From Octopus sinensis (lineage: Eukaryota), in contig NC_043013.1 in NCBI RefSeq assembly GCF_006345805.1, positions 39,618,001 through 39,682,000 on the forward strand: a stretch of 64,000 nucleotides of DNA, written 5' to 3'. A program made the translations under genes and the position numbers. Shown one piece after another: positions 11,637-23,329 of the stretch; the stretch's first letter is position 1, and each line of letters begins with the position of its first letter. Below the pieces are notes generated by a model. That model was not told where the DNA came from. It did no database searches and worked only from the letters and a program-made list of their open reading frames with translations.

Positions 11637-11692
<56 letters not shown>

Positions 11693-11696
<4 letters not shown>

Positions 11697-14047
11697 TAGT
11701 TTTATTTTTTATAGCGTGCTTTCACTTCACTACCGAGCGCAGCTCTGTGTGCCTTGGGTATGTGCTGTGATTTGTTGTGATGCTCTGATGGTTATTGTAT
11801 GGAAAGTGTTCTGCGTAGGATGTGTGCAGTGCCTAGTAGTGCAATTTTCTGTATGCTATATGTGTTTGTAAGTCCTGGTGTTTTTGTTATGTATTTGTCT
11901 GAATATTTTTTATCATGCCTAATGCACCTACTATGATAGGAATTGTTTCTGTTTTTAGATTCCACATTCTGGTTACCTCTATTTCCAGGTCTTTGTATTT
12001 TGAAAGTTTCTCCATTTCTTTTAGAGACACGTTGTCACCTGCCGGTATTGATATATCAATTAGAAAGCATTTTTTTTTTTCATGATCTCTGACAACTATA
12101 TCTGGTCTGTTGGCCTTAATTTCTCTATCTGTGTGTATCGGCATATCCCAGAGTATGGTTGCTTTCTCGTTTTCTGTTACCTTTTCCGGTGTGTGCCTAT
12201 ACCATCTTTTTTCTGTTGTTATTCCATAATGTTGGCATAGCTTCCAGTGTATGTAGGTTCCAACTCTGTCATGTCTGTGAATATATTCCTTAGCCAGGAC
12301 TGGGCAGCCAGAGATAATATGATTTATTGTTTCTTGTCCATCTCCACATATTCTGCAGTTACTTGTTATATTTCTTTTCATTACATGTTTTTGGTAATTT
12401 CTGATGGGGAGGCTCTGGTCTTGTGCTGCAATTAAAAATCCCTCTGTCTCTGCTTTGAGTCCTGAGCTTCTCAACCATTGCTGGGATTTTTCTTTATTTA
12501 TTTCTTTTGCATTTAGTTTAGTCCAGTATTTACCATGAAGGGGTTTTTCTTGCCATCGTTTTATCATGGTTCTTTGCTGTTCTAGTTTTAGTTTGGATTT
12601 CATTTGTTTTATAGCTTTTGTTGTTTCTTCATCTTCTTCTTCTTCTTCTTCTTCTTCTTCTTGTTTATATTTGTTAGGTGGTATGATTTCTTGTTTGTAT
12701 TTGTCAGCTTCCTTAAATACTGAGAACAGCTTTTTGTTTTGCTCGTGTTTTGCCGCTATTTGTATCAGTTTTCCTTCCTTCTGAAGTAGATATTTTTGCA
12801 GTCCTATGGTGGTTGTTTTATAGTAGTTTTCCAGCTGTATAAGGCCTCTACCACCTTCTATACGTTGTATATATAGTCTTTCTACGTCAGATTTTGGGTG
12901 ATGCATCCTAGATCCTGTCAGTATTTTTCTTGTTTTCCTATCTATTTTGGTCAGTTCATTTCGTGTCCAGTTAAGGATATTGTAGCTGTAACTTATAACT
13001 GGGACAGCTAAAGTGTTAATACCTATTATCTTGTTTTTAGCATTGAGCTCTGTTTTTAGTATTGATCTAACTCGTCTATAATATTCTTTTTTTATTTTCT
13101 CTTTCATTTGTGTGTGTTGTGTCTTATCTAGTTCATGGATTCCTAAGTATTTGTAAGCTTGGCTTTGGTCTAATTCTTTTATTTCATTGGTTTTATCTAG
13201 TGTGATATTGCTACTCTTAACTAGTTTTCCTGTTTTCTGGGTTACTTTGGCGCATTTTTCTAATCCAAATTTCATATCTATTTCTTTGGTAAATCCATGA
13301 ACTGTCTTTAATAGTGTTTCCAGCTGTTTGTCATTTGCAGCGTATAGTTTTAGGTCATCCATATATAAAAGGTGGCTGATCGTTTTGCCGTAACATTTAT
13401 ATCCGCATCTAGTTCTATTTAGCATATCAGATAGAGGTGACAGTGCCAAGCAGAAAAGGAGTGGAGAGAGCATGTCTCCCTGGAATATTCCTCTTCTAAT
13501 GGGGATGGCTTTGGTTTTCATGAGTCCCTCTTTTGTTTGGAGCTGTAGCACTGTTTGCCATTTATTCATAGAGTGCCCAATGAATTTTATAATTGTTGGT
13601 GCTACTTTGTTAATGGCTAGTGTTTCGAGGATCCATGTGTGGGGGATGCTATCAAACGCCTTTTTGTAATCAATCCAGGCCATACTGAGGTCTTTCTTCT
13701 TTCTGTGGCTGTCTTCAGTTATGGCATTATTGATCATTAGTTGATCTTTACAGCCGTATGAGCCTTTGCGGCATCCTTTCTGCTCTTCTGGAAACAGGTT
13801 GTTTTCGTCCAGGTGCTTGTTCAACCTTTGCGATATCACTGCAGTAAATGCCTTGTACATCGTAGGGAGGCAGGCTATTTGTCTGTAGCTTTCTGGTTTT
13901 GCTGTCTCATTTGATTTGCGAATTAAGATGGTTTTCCCCTTCGTGAGCCATTCAGGCATTGTCTCTGGCTCTGCTAGTATGTTGTTAAAATTTTCAGCCA
14001 GCTTTTTGTGCATTCCTGTTAGATATTTCAACCAGAAGTTGGGGATC
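11693..14047 (-). mobile_element. R4/Dong-like non-LTR retrotransposon family B, 5'-truncated (RT + CCHC + REL)
   Basis: The 714 aa ORF (11887-14031) has RT motifs (WIDYKKAFDS, GIFQGDxLSP, LYMDD, YKYLG), CRIC..ETINHIISGC and RPDIVV..LID. The 3' UTR ends aaactactg(AAT)n and both flanks are (TAA)n. There is a 1-nt frameshift near the C-terminus. Confidence 0.93.
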
Positions 14048-14071
14048 TTCTTCTTCTTCTTCTTCTTCTTC

Positions 14072-14127
<56 letters not shown>

Positions 14128-14224
14128 GTTGTTGTTATTATTATTATTGTTATTATTATTATTGTTGTTGTTGTTGTTGTTATTATTATTTTTATTCTCT
14201 TATTCTCTTATTCTTTTATTCTTT

Positions 14225-14540
14225 TACTTGTTTCAGTCATTTGACTGCGGCCATGCTGGAGCACCGCATTTAGTCGAGGAAATCGACCCCTGGACGTATT
14301 CTTTGTAAGCCTAGTACTTATTCTATCGGTTTCTTTTGCCGAACCGCTAAGTTATGGGGACGTAAACACACCAGTATCGGTTGTCAAGCGATGTTGCGGA
14401 GACAAACACAGACACACACACACACGTAGAGGATCCCTAGTTTGGCTTGTTTACTAGGGAGTGTTTAAATTTTGTACCAAGAACCCGGAACCATGTGGTT
14501 GGTAAGCAAGCTACTTACTACACAGCCACTCCTGCGCCTG
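14225..14540 (-). mobile_element. tRNA-derived SINE, third family (internal microsatellite), with a foreign 61 bp patch
   Basis: Head ggcgcaggagtggctgtgtagtaagtagcttgcttacc as at 17032, and tail gcggtgctccagcatggccgcagtcaaatgactgaaac. Other copies at 16100-16590, 28200-28665, 46660-46825, 53490-53975 and 61079-61230. Confidence 0.8.
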
Positions 14541-14559
14541 TCCAAACTTATTATTATTA

Positions 14560-14757
14560 TCATTGCTTTTGCAGAGCTTCTAACGCTGGACATGTACTAT
14601 GGTGTCAGCTGTTCACTATCAGTGAACTAAGGTAGCCCCTCTTATTTTTCGAGCACCTTCCGGAGTATTCGAGCGGTTCCAAGCAGTGCTGTTTTCTGCA
14701 AGTGCTCCAGCCTTATTGTAGCCCCTATTTGTTCTATGTACTTCTCAATATTCTTAC
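14560..14757 (-). mobile_element. REL non-LTR family F, short 3' fragment
   Basis: Minus strand reads KNIEKYIEQIGATIRLEHLQKTALLGTARILRKVLEK*, the conserved R4-type C-terminus, followed by a short UTR and (TAA)n. Confidence 0.75.
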
Positions 14758-16284
14758 CATTATTCAGTGAGAGAGCAATGCATGCCATCAAAGTCACACT
14801 GGGGTAAAATATACGAAACCCAGTATACTACTTGTCTGATAAGGGCACACCAGGCTCGTTTATCATAACCATATGTCGTCATCGTCGTCGTCGTCGTCGT
14901 CGCCGTTGTCGTGTAGGCGGTGATTTGGTTGAACCTTTAGTGCCTAGGAGAGAATGCTTTACTGAAGTGTTTCTGGTTCATTAGTTTCTGTATTCGAATT
15001 CCGCTGTGGTCAACTTTGCTTTTTATCCTTTAGGTATCGATCGATAAAATAAGTACACGTCAGGAACTGGAGCGGTGTAATCGACTTGCCCTTCTGTCTT
15101 CAAAATTGCTGAACTTGTTCCAAAATTAGAAAGAATTATTAGTATTCATAAGAATATTGATGTAACACGAGCGATGGATTCAACGGAGGCGGAAATATTG
15201 TCGGACGACATTGCCTTGTAGTGTTTAGTTACTTCCCCTTATATTTTGAGTTCAAACCCCGCCATATTTGAATTTGTACTTGATTTTAATTATCTGCCAT
15301 GTATTTAAGTTGATATAATTCATATTTATTCTCAATCAAAAAGAGTTCTTTGCAGTCTCGTATGTGTGTTTTTAAAAAAATCACTATGTCGAAATAAGAA
15401 TGCTTGTGACGGAACAAGTTCGCGTCAAATTTCAGCTCTAATTTCAAGTCACATAAATAACTTTGCTGTTATTTTATCCACACTTACATTATCGACAACA
15501 ACCATTTCATTTTCATAGCAGTAGGGTTAAGATTTCAATTTGATATGGTGTCTATGTCTAACAGGATGAACAAGCAAGTATAAGTTCAGTGCCTCTCTCT
15601 TCCAATGTTGTTTGTAATAAATATACTTAAGATTGTTGGGTGAAATTTGAAAATAAATTGCTTACTATATCTAACAAAAAAATAAATGATCACGTAGAGG
15701 ATCCCTAGTTTGGCTCGTTTACTAGGGAGTGTTTAAATTTTGTGCCAAGAACTCTAGAAAAATGATTTAAGGATCTAACTCTGCGTAAGTGAGTAGATGA
15801 GTCGAAAGAATATGGTGATGTCAACAATAGTAAGACCATTACAGAAAAGTACTATAAATTTGATTTCTTGATTCGGGACTTTGTACATTTGAGAGGAAGA
15901 AATAGAGAACAAGAGAGAGAGAGAGAGAGAGAGAGAAGTAGAGAGAGAGAGAGGGAGAGAAACAGAGTGAGAGAGGTGGAAGTAGGCCGCGCCGTCGTAT
16001 GGTGTTTCGCTGAAATAAATACGCTTACTTCAATCTTCATTGCAAGCGAACTTCTAAAACATTTCTATGGATTTTATAACATTTCATGTAATCCTATTTA
16101 TTTCAGTCATTAGACTGCGACCATGCTGGAGCACCACCTTGAAGAATTTAAGTTGAGCAAATCGACTCCAACATTTATTTTTAAGCCTGGACTCTTTTTG
16201 CCGATGCACTATGTTACGGGGACGTAAAACAACCAACACAGGCTGTCAAGTGGCGGTAGGGACCAAATACAGACACAAAGCCAC

Positions 16285-16333
<49 letters not shown>

Positions 16334-16379
16334 ACCACACACACACACACACACACACGCACACACACACACACACACA

Positions 16380-16460
<81 letters not shown>

Positions 16461-16995
16461 GATAGGCTTCTTTCAGTTTCCATCTACCTAATCCTCTCAT
16501 AAGGATTTGGTCGGCCCAAGGTACCACGTAGCCACACTGAAACCGGAACAATGTGGTTGGAAAGCAAGCTTCTTACCACAGAGCCACGCTGGAGCGCCAC
16601 ATTGAAAGGTTTACTCGTACATACCTACACCAGTGCTTTTCTTGACAACTACTCTACAGGTGTCTTTTTGCCGATCCGCTAAGTTAGAGGGAAATAAACA
16701 AACACAGGCCGGTCGGCAAGAAGTGGGGGTGATAACATACACAAACACAAAAACACGCAAGCACACGTACGCGCTCATACATACGGATATACATATATGT
16801 ATGTATATATAATACACACACAAACACACACACACGCACACATATATATATATATATATATATACATACACACACACGCACACGCAGACGTATATATACG
16901 TATGATGGATTCTCTTGTCGTGAACGACAATTGAGGTTTTACTAAGATAGTGTTAATCATGTTCTAAGGACACGAATGTATGTGTGTGTGTGTGA

Positions 16996-17031
<36 letters not shown>

Positions 17032-17034
<3 letters not shown>

Positions 17035-17502
17035 CGCAGGAGTGGCTATGTGGTAAGTAGCTTGCTTACCAACTACTTGGTTCCGGGTTCAGTTCCACTG
17101 CGTGGCACCTTGGGCAAGTGCCTTTTGCTATAGTCTCGGGCCGACCAAAGCCTCATGAGTGGATTTGGTAGACGAAAAGTGAAAGAAGCCCGTCGTATAT
17201 ATGTATGTATGTACGTATGTATGCATGTATGTATGTATGTATGTATGTATGTATGTATGTATGTATGTATGTATGTATGTATGTATGTATGTATGTATGT
17301 GTGTATGTTTGTGTGTCTGTGTTTGTCCCCCCACCATCGCTTGGCAACCGATGGTGGTGTGTTTACATCCCGGTAACTTAGCCGTTCGGCAAAAGAGAAC
17401 GATATTATAAGTACTAGGCTTACAAAGAATAAGTCTTAAGGTCAATTTGCTCGGCTAAAGGCGGTGCTCCAGCATGGCCGCAGTCAAGTGACTAAAACAA
17501 GA
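17032..17502 (+). mobile_element. tRNA-derived SINE, third family, full length
   Basis: A box tggctatgtggt, B box gggttcagttcc, ccttgggcaagtg core, internal (TATG)n, conserved tail. Confidence 0.82.
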
Positions 17503-17529
17503 TTAAATATATATATATATATTGTGTGT

Positions 17530-17856
17530 GACCTCCTTCGGTCACGACACTGACCATGGGATTGCACCTAGAAAGTTACCCTCCTAGTCACAAGTCTGGG
17601 CATGGTTGTTTATGGAAGACCAGCAGTCGCCCATGTATACCGGCCTTCCCTCTCCACGCCACCAGTGTTATCCAAGGGAAAGGCAAAGGCTGATACAGCT
17701 TGGAACTCGTGACGTCGCAACTCATTTCCACAGCTGAGTGAACTGGAGCAACGTGAAATAAAGTGTCTTGCTCAAGAACACAACACGCAGCCCGGTCCGG
17801 GATTCGAGATCACAACCTCACGATCGTAAGCTCGACGCTCTAACCACTGAGCCATC
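17530..17856 (-). mobile_element. tRNA-derived SINE, second family
   Basis: Minus-strand head atggctcagtggttagagcgtcgagcttacgatc...ctcgaatcccgg, and a body matching 4560-4858. Confidence 0.8.
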
Positions 17857-17866
17857 ACATATATAT

Positions 17867-17899
<33 letters not shown>

Positions 17900-17929
17900 G
17901 CATACATACATACATACACACACACACAA

Positions 17930-18134
17930 AGGGATGCTGAAAAGATCCTGCCTTTAAGGATATCGCGAAAGAGACCAAACCTTTTGCTAAGGTCTTTTAC
18001 AAGGCTCAGAAAACGTCTCTGTGAGCCTTGTATGAATCTGAGAGGGGTATACCTAGGTATGTTGAATAAAATCATGATTAACTGATTCTCCTACATTTTC
18101 TCTTACCGAAAGCCAACAACTTTTCATCACCCTC
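17930..18134 (+). mobile_element. mariner-type MITE, decayed
   Basis: Imperfect terminal inverted repeats (gggatgctgaaaag..gccttt / aaagcc..ctttttcatcaccctc). One arm recurs at 47229-47295. Confidence 0.55.
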
Positions 18135-18658
18135 ATACACACACATGTTTATAAGCTTAAAGCATTGGGGTATATAAGCCCTCGACAGAAAGAAAGGATT
18201 TGCCGTACGCATGGGATTCGAAACCATATCTCTATGGTTTCATGACAAGTGTGCTACCATTTACACTAACGTACACGCTGGCTTTTTCCTATGAGATTTA
18301 AGAACTATATTTTCATAGTGTCGTTTTATATGAACAAACTTTCAATGTGCGTTCTCTGCGATTATTTCGTTCAACACAGTACAAGGGCTTCTACACAGTT
18401 CCTGTCAGCTAAATTCACCCGCAAGGTATATAAGCATGCCTAAGGTGCTATGCAGTGGATCTGAACAGAAAACCACATGGTTTCAAAGTGAGCATTTTAA
18501 CCACATGCTCATGATCGCGCCAACACGGGGAAAACTATTTTTATTTTCGAATTTCATTTCAAAAATTTTAATTGACAATTAAAATTTTCAAAATGATGAC
18601 AATCAAATGTTGAATGGAAAAGTTTATTTTCAAGACAAAGAACGAGACCATTGTATAC

Positions 18659-18752
18659 CTGGAATATGTAGCTTTCTTCAAATTTGGGGTTACAGGTTTT
18701 TTTTCTCAGTTTTGACTGTAAATAGCGCCGTTCGTCAGGCATTAAGTAGATC
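18659..18752 (-). CDS. SYT15: Synaptotagmin-15-like, C2A middle exon
   Basis: ttttcatAG|G ATC TAC...TTC CAG|GTATAC, 94 bp, phase 2/0. Encodes IYLMPDERRYLQSKLRKKTCNPKFEESYIFQ, matching the C2A YLLPD..KT.NP.F.E pattern. Confidence 0.88.
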
Positions 18753-19523
18753 CTATGAAAAATATAGAGAGAAAAATATATAGGCACGTTGATGCAAACA
18801 GGACAAATAGAACTCAGAATATGAGTATATGTATATTTTTATTAATATTTAGCAGCAGTAATAGTGTGACTCAAGGCGCGAGAGTTTCATGCGTTGGCAC
18901 ATACAAAAATAGAGAGAAAAACATATAGAGGAAAAAGAGTTGTATTTTCTTATTTTTTTATTGCCCACAATGGGCCAAACATAGAGGGGACAAACAAGGA
19001 CAGCCAAATGGATTAAGTCGATTACATCGACCCCAGTGCGTAACTAGCACATAATTTATCGACCCCGAAAGGATGAAAGGCAAAGTAGACCTCGACGAAA
19101 TTTGAACTTAGAACGTGGTACTTATTTTACTGATCCCGAAGGAGACAATAGGCAAAGTCGGCGGAATTTGAACTAGGGACATAAATGCGGACGACATATT
19201 GCTAAGCATTTCGCTTGGTCAGATGGTTAATATTAACAAGTCTTAAGGCGGGTAGCTGGCAGAATCGTTATCACGCCGGGTATAATGAGTTCTAAGTTTA
19301 AATTCAGTAGCAGTCGACTTTACCTTCTTACCTTCCATCCCTTCGGGGTCGATAAAGTACACATCAGTTGAGCACTGAGGTCGATATAAGCGACATAGCC
19401 CCACCTCAACCGTGCTGGCCTTATGTCATAATTTGAAAGCAATATTAACTGGCTTTGATGGGGATAGCATATGTATTGTACATACACAGGAATATATTGA
19501 TAAATTTAGACCTATGCACACAA

Positions 19524-19566
<43 letters not shown>

Positions 19567-20004
19567 ACTCACACATACAAACATATGCATACGTACATAT
19601 ATGAATATGAACGTAGCGTAATTACATTTGTATTCAATATATATTCAATGACAAAAATATATCTATATATACATTCACGTACACACATACATATATATGT
19701 GTACGTACGTGTGCATGTACATACGTTTCTATTTATGCATATATGTATGCAATAATGTAAGTATAATGTGAAAGTGTACATCTTGTAGCTACGGGATGGC
19801 CTGTTCTATTCGACAGAGCTGAATCTTAAGCAATATTTTCTACTCTCGCTTTGCTAGTGCCCCAAGGTTATAGCCGAGATCGTAGTTATGGAGCCATTGT
19901 AGATTTCGGATATAGCGAATATATAACTGTTCAAGAGAATACGAAACGTTAAGGCAAGACAAACATCTCAAGTCATATGCGTTATTATTATTGGAAAAAT
20001 TCAA

Positions 20005-20066
20005 ACTCTTACAGCTGTTTCTGGGAGATCCATCCTAGAGTATGGGATATTCTGTCATCAGAAACC
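20005..20066 (-). ncRNA. Minimal type I hammerhead-like motif in PLE pLTR
   Basis: ggttt-CTGATGA-c-[decayed stem II]-a-GAAAC-AGCT-GTA|agagt. The core boxes are intact and loop III is palindromic. Confidence 0.6.
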
Positions 20067-21240
20067 AATAGGGAAAATGAGAAGGGTATAGATTAATACA
20101 GAGGACAGGAGAAAAGGAATAAGGAGACGAAGAAAGAGAAGAAAAAGATGTATAAAAGTTCACAGTTCAACTTTCCGATCATGTAGAAATAAGTCCTTTA
20201 GTCCTTAGGTACAATCCTGTGTAAATCCATGTAGGTTAAAGTCTTAATAGTATAAATATCCAGAAATAGACACGAACGTATCAACGTTCAATAACAGAAT
20301 GGTAGCGGAGATGGGTTACTAATGTTAATAGAAAGAAAAATAAATAAATAGAGAGGTAGAGATAGTGAGAGAGGTAATTAAGCTTTGGCATTAAGGATAA
20401 AATAAGGTATATAATAATATAGTGTACAAAAATAACCAAGACGATAAATAAACAAATAAATATAAAAGGGTAAATAAGGAGAGAGGAGGAGGATGTACGG
20501 GAAGATAACGTAAAAAATATATATAGTAAAATGAAAGGAATTTAAAGAGAATAGTAGGTGCCAATGGTATTCTACTAGTCTGTAGGGACTGGAGAGGAAA
20601 TCTAGTAGTAAGTGCTTGTGTGCGCTTCATGGCTAAGGTCAGTGGCCGTAGAAATATTTTTAGCAATGATGGTATGGATGTGTAGGTAGTCGTGAATGAA
20701 GAAACCAGTGAATGTTAAATTATTTAGGAATAATAGAATTAAATATTAAGGGATATATTAAGTTAAGGTTTAAAAATAAATTAAAGAATTAACATTTATC
20801 TTATAAAGTGATGAAGTAAAGTTGATAGAAGAGTTACACAGGGGTATGTGTTAACGACCATGGAAGTTTGTATGTGAGTGTTATTCATGGTGGTTGAATT
20901 TACATTTGGAGTTACGGAAGATTTTAAAAGTGCGGAAGAATTTGTGTTTACACGTTATAAAGGCTTCGTTGTGTTTGTTAAGCAATTGTGGTGAGTTATG
21001 GGCTAAAATTTTGAAGGCTTCTTTTAAGCAGAGTCCACAAGTGGAGTGTTGGTCCTGATATGGGATAACATAATCTAGTATAGCCCAGGAAAGTCTATAT
21101 TGTATTTTTCTATTAATTAGATGGCGTGCGTGGCTGGCTAGTGATGTGGAATTGCTATTCTCTTTATATTTAAACGAGTTTAATTGTGCATAATATCTTA
21201 GCTTAAAATTGTGGTAGACCCAATGTAGTAGCTATTGGAG

Positions 21241-21330
21241 TTATTTACTATGTTGTTATTTACTATGTTGTTATTTACTATGTTGTTATTTACTATGTTG
21301 TTTTTCACTATGCTGTTATTCACTATGTTA
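21241..21330. repeat. 15 bp x 6 minisatellite inside the PLE GIY-YIG motif
   Basis: Units of ttatttactatgttg, giving in-frame NIVNN repeats on the minus strand. Confidence 0.85.
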
Positions 21331-21556
21331 TGAACCTTGTATGCGATGTTGAATCTTCTGCAAAGGGCTTGCAGCGTGCAGTCTGTTCCAGATCTACAGT
21401 TGCAGCTATCAGTTCTACGACAGTTAGTTGGAGAGAGAGAGAGAGAGATGAACTTTTATACTTCTTTTTACTTCTCTTTCTTCGTTTCATTCCTTTTCTT
21501 CTGTTCTCTGTGTCGTCATTTCTATACCCTTCTATACCCTTGTCATTTTCCCTACT

Positions 21557-21614
21557 GGTCTCCGATGACGGAATATCCCATTCACTGGGATATTCCAGAA
21601 ACAGCTGTAAGACT
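21557..21614 (+). ncRNA. Minimal type I hammerhead-like motif in inverted pLTR
   Basis: GGTCT-CCGATGA-c-GGAATATCCCA ttcac TGGGATATTCC-a-GAAAC-AGCT-GTA|AGACT. Stems I and II pair fully; the core reads CCGA instead of CTGA. Confidence 0.65.
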
Positions 21615-21720
21615 TTGAATCTTTCCAATAACAATAACGTGTATAACTTGAGATGTTTGTCTTGCCTTTTAGTTGTCCTCTTTAACAATTATATATACAT
21701 ACATACATACATACACATAT

Positions 21721-21816
<96 letters not shown>

Positions 21817-23329
21817 ATATATATATATATATGAAGTTAATATCCAAACAAGAAAGCACAAGAAAACACAACAACGCGAGGACGTGGAACAAATATAGTA
21901 TTATTGGACGCTCAGGAAAGAAGGAAAGAAGGAGGGTTTAACGTTTCGAGCGAAGCTCTTCGTCGGAAACATAGGAGAAGGAAAGATCCAGAGAAGGGAA
22001 AAAAATCGCCAACGGTACACACGAGGTCACACATATATATATATGTACACACACAAATACATAGTGAAAAAATTAAAATATATGAATCAACGAGAAAAAT
22101 AAATATATTTATATATTTTATAAGTACAGCATAAAACAAATATTGTCACAGATGCTTTTCCAACCGGTTTTATCTCTAAGGAGACCTTCACGATGTAACT
22201 TTAACAATATCGTTTATCTGTAACGTAGCGCCATGGCATGTGCTGATGACAAAAGATGTAATATTCTATAAATCAATGTCAATATGTACACAATGTTTTT
22301 TTTTTTTTTTCATTGCGAATGATCTGATCTTTCTCTTGATTTATTTTTTTATATCTTACTTATTTCAGTCGCGGCCATGCTAAATAATCAGCAGCAGCAC
22401 TCACCTTAAAGCCTGCTACTTATAATATTGACCTCTATTGTTGCACCACTGCATAAGTATGTAAGTTTGTTTGTATTAATGTTTCTTTGTATGTCTCTTC
22501 TATTTTAAAAATCATTATAGAGAGACATGTAAACAAATAAACATACATACAAACAAACATACATATATACATACGTACGTATGTATTGCGTATTCTACTT
22601 ACCCACGATCTCTCTACTTTTCCGTATGCGTGTATGTATGTATGTATGTATGTATGTATGTATGTATGTATGTATGTATGTATGTATGTATGTATGTATG
22701 CATGTATTGTACATACAGAGAAATGAGAATAGATGCAAAAATGCAAATCACAGAAAAGTAGAATGTACTACAATATAGTGAATTACATTTCTACAAGATT
22801 CTCGATATGTTGAAGGCTAGCATTTTACTGTGATTCTAATAACGATTCACTATTATGAAACGCTGGATTAATTGCGAGATTCCTTTACATTAAATCTACA
22901 TTAAACCTACCATGAATAGTAGATCTTGAAATCCGATCCTTTATCCGTCTAGCCAGCGGATGTGAATAGGTATACCAGATACCACCGATAATGTGTATCT
23001 ATGCATATCTTAGTAATAAAATTCCTAATAGAAAGTAAATTGTTTACTCTGGATAAAATGTCAAAATTTTAAAACTATAAAGCAACACATTGCAGCGTAT
23101 TTCGTTCAGCTGGTGAATAGTTAACATATGTAATGTGTAAGAGGAAACAGTGAGGTATAAGCAGGTAAAATCAGTTCAAACTGATACGAAAGTACATCTT
23201 ATACATGTGTACAGGAAGTATATTCAGCTGCAGCTACACTTGATACTATAGACAGCAATATAAGTATCTGTGTGTTACAGAGAGACGATAGCTTCACTTG
23301 ATCCAATATCCTCAACAAAGACATGCCAA

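Larger units (their letters stand above)
19950..21690 (-). mobile_element. Penelope-like element: 3' GIY-YIG region, pLTR and inverted partial pLTR
   Basis: Minus strand 21430-20880 reads CNCRSGTDCTLQALC..NIAYKV...YYIG..FKLRY...STSLASH...CGLCLKE...LLNKHNE..CKH, the Penelope/Poseidon endonuclease pattern. 19950-20161 is an inverted repeat of 21450-21670, the typical PLE 5' inversion. Confidence 0.85.

Noticed and set aside
22911-22998. Short AG...GT-bounded open segment (IHIIGGIWYTYSHPLARR...)
   Set aside because: It has the wrong phase for the 18752 acceptor and no recognisable similarity.
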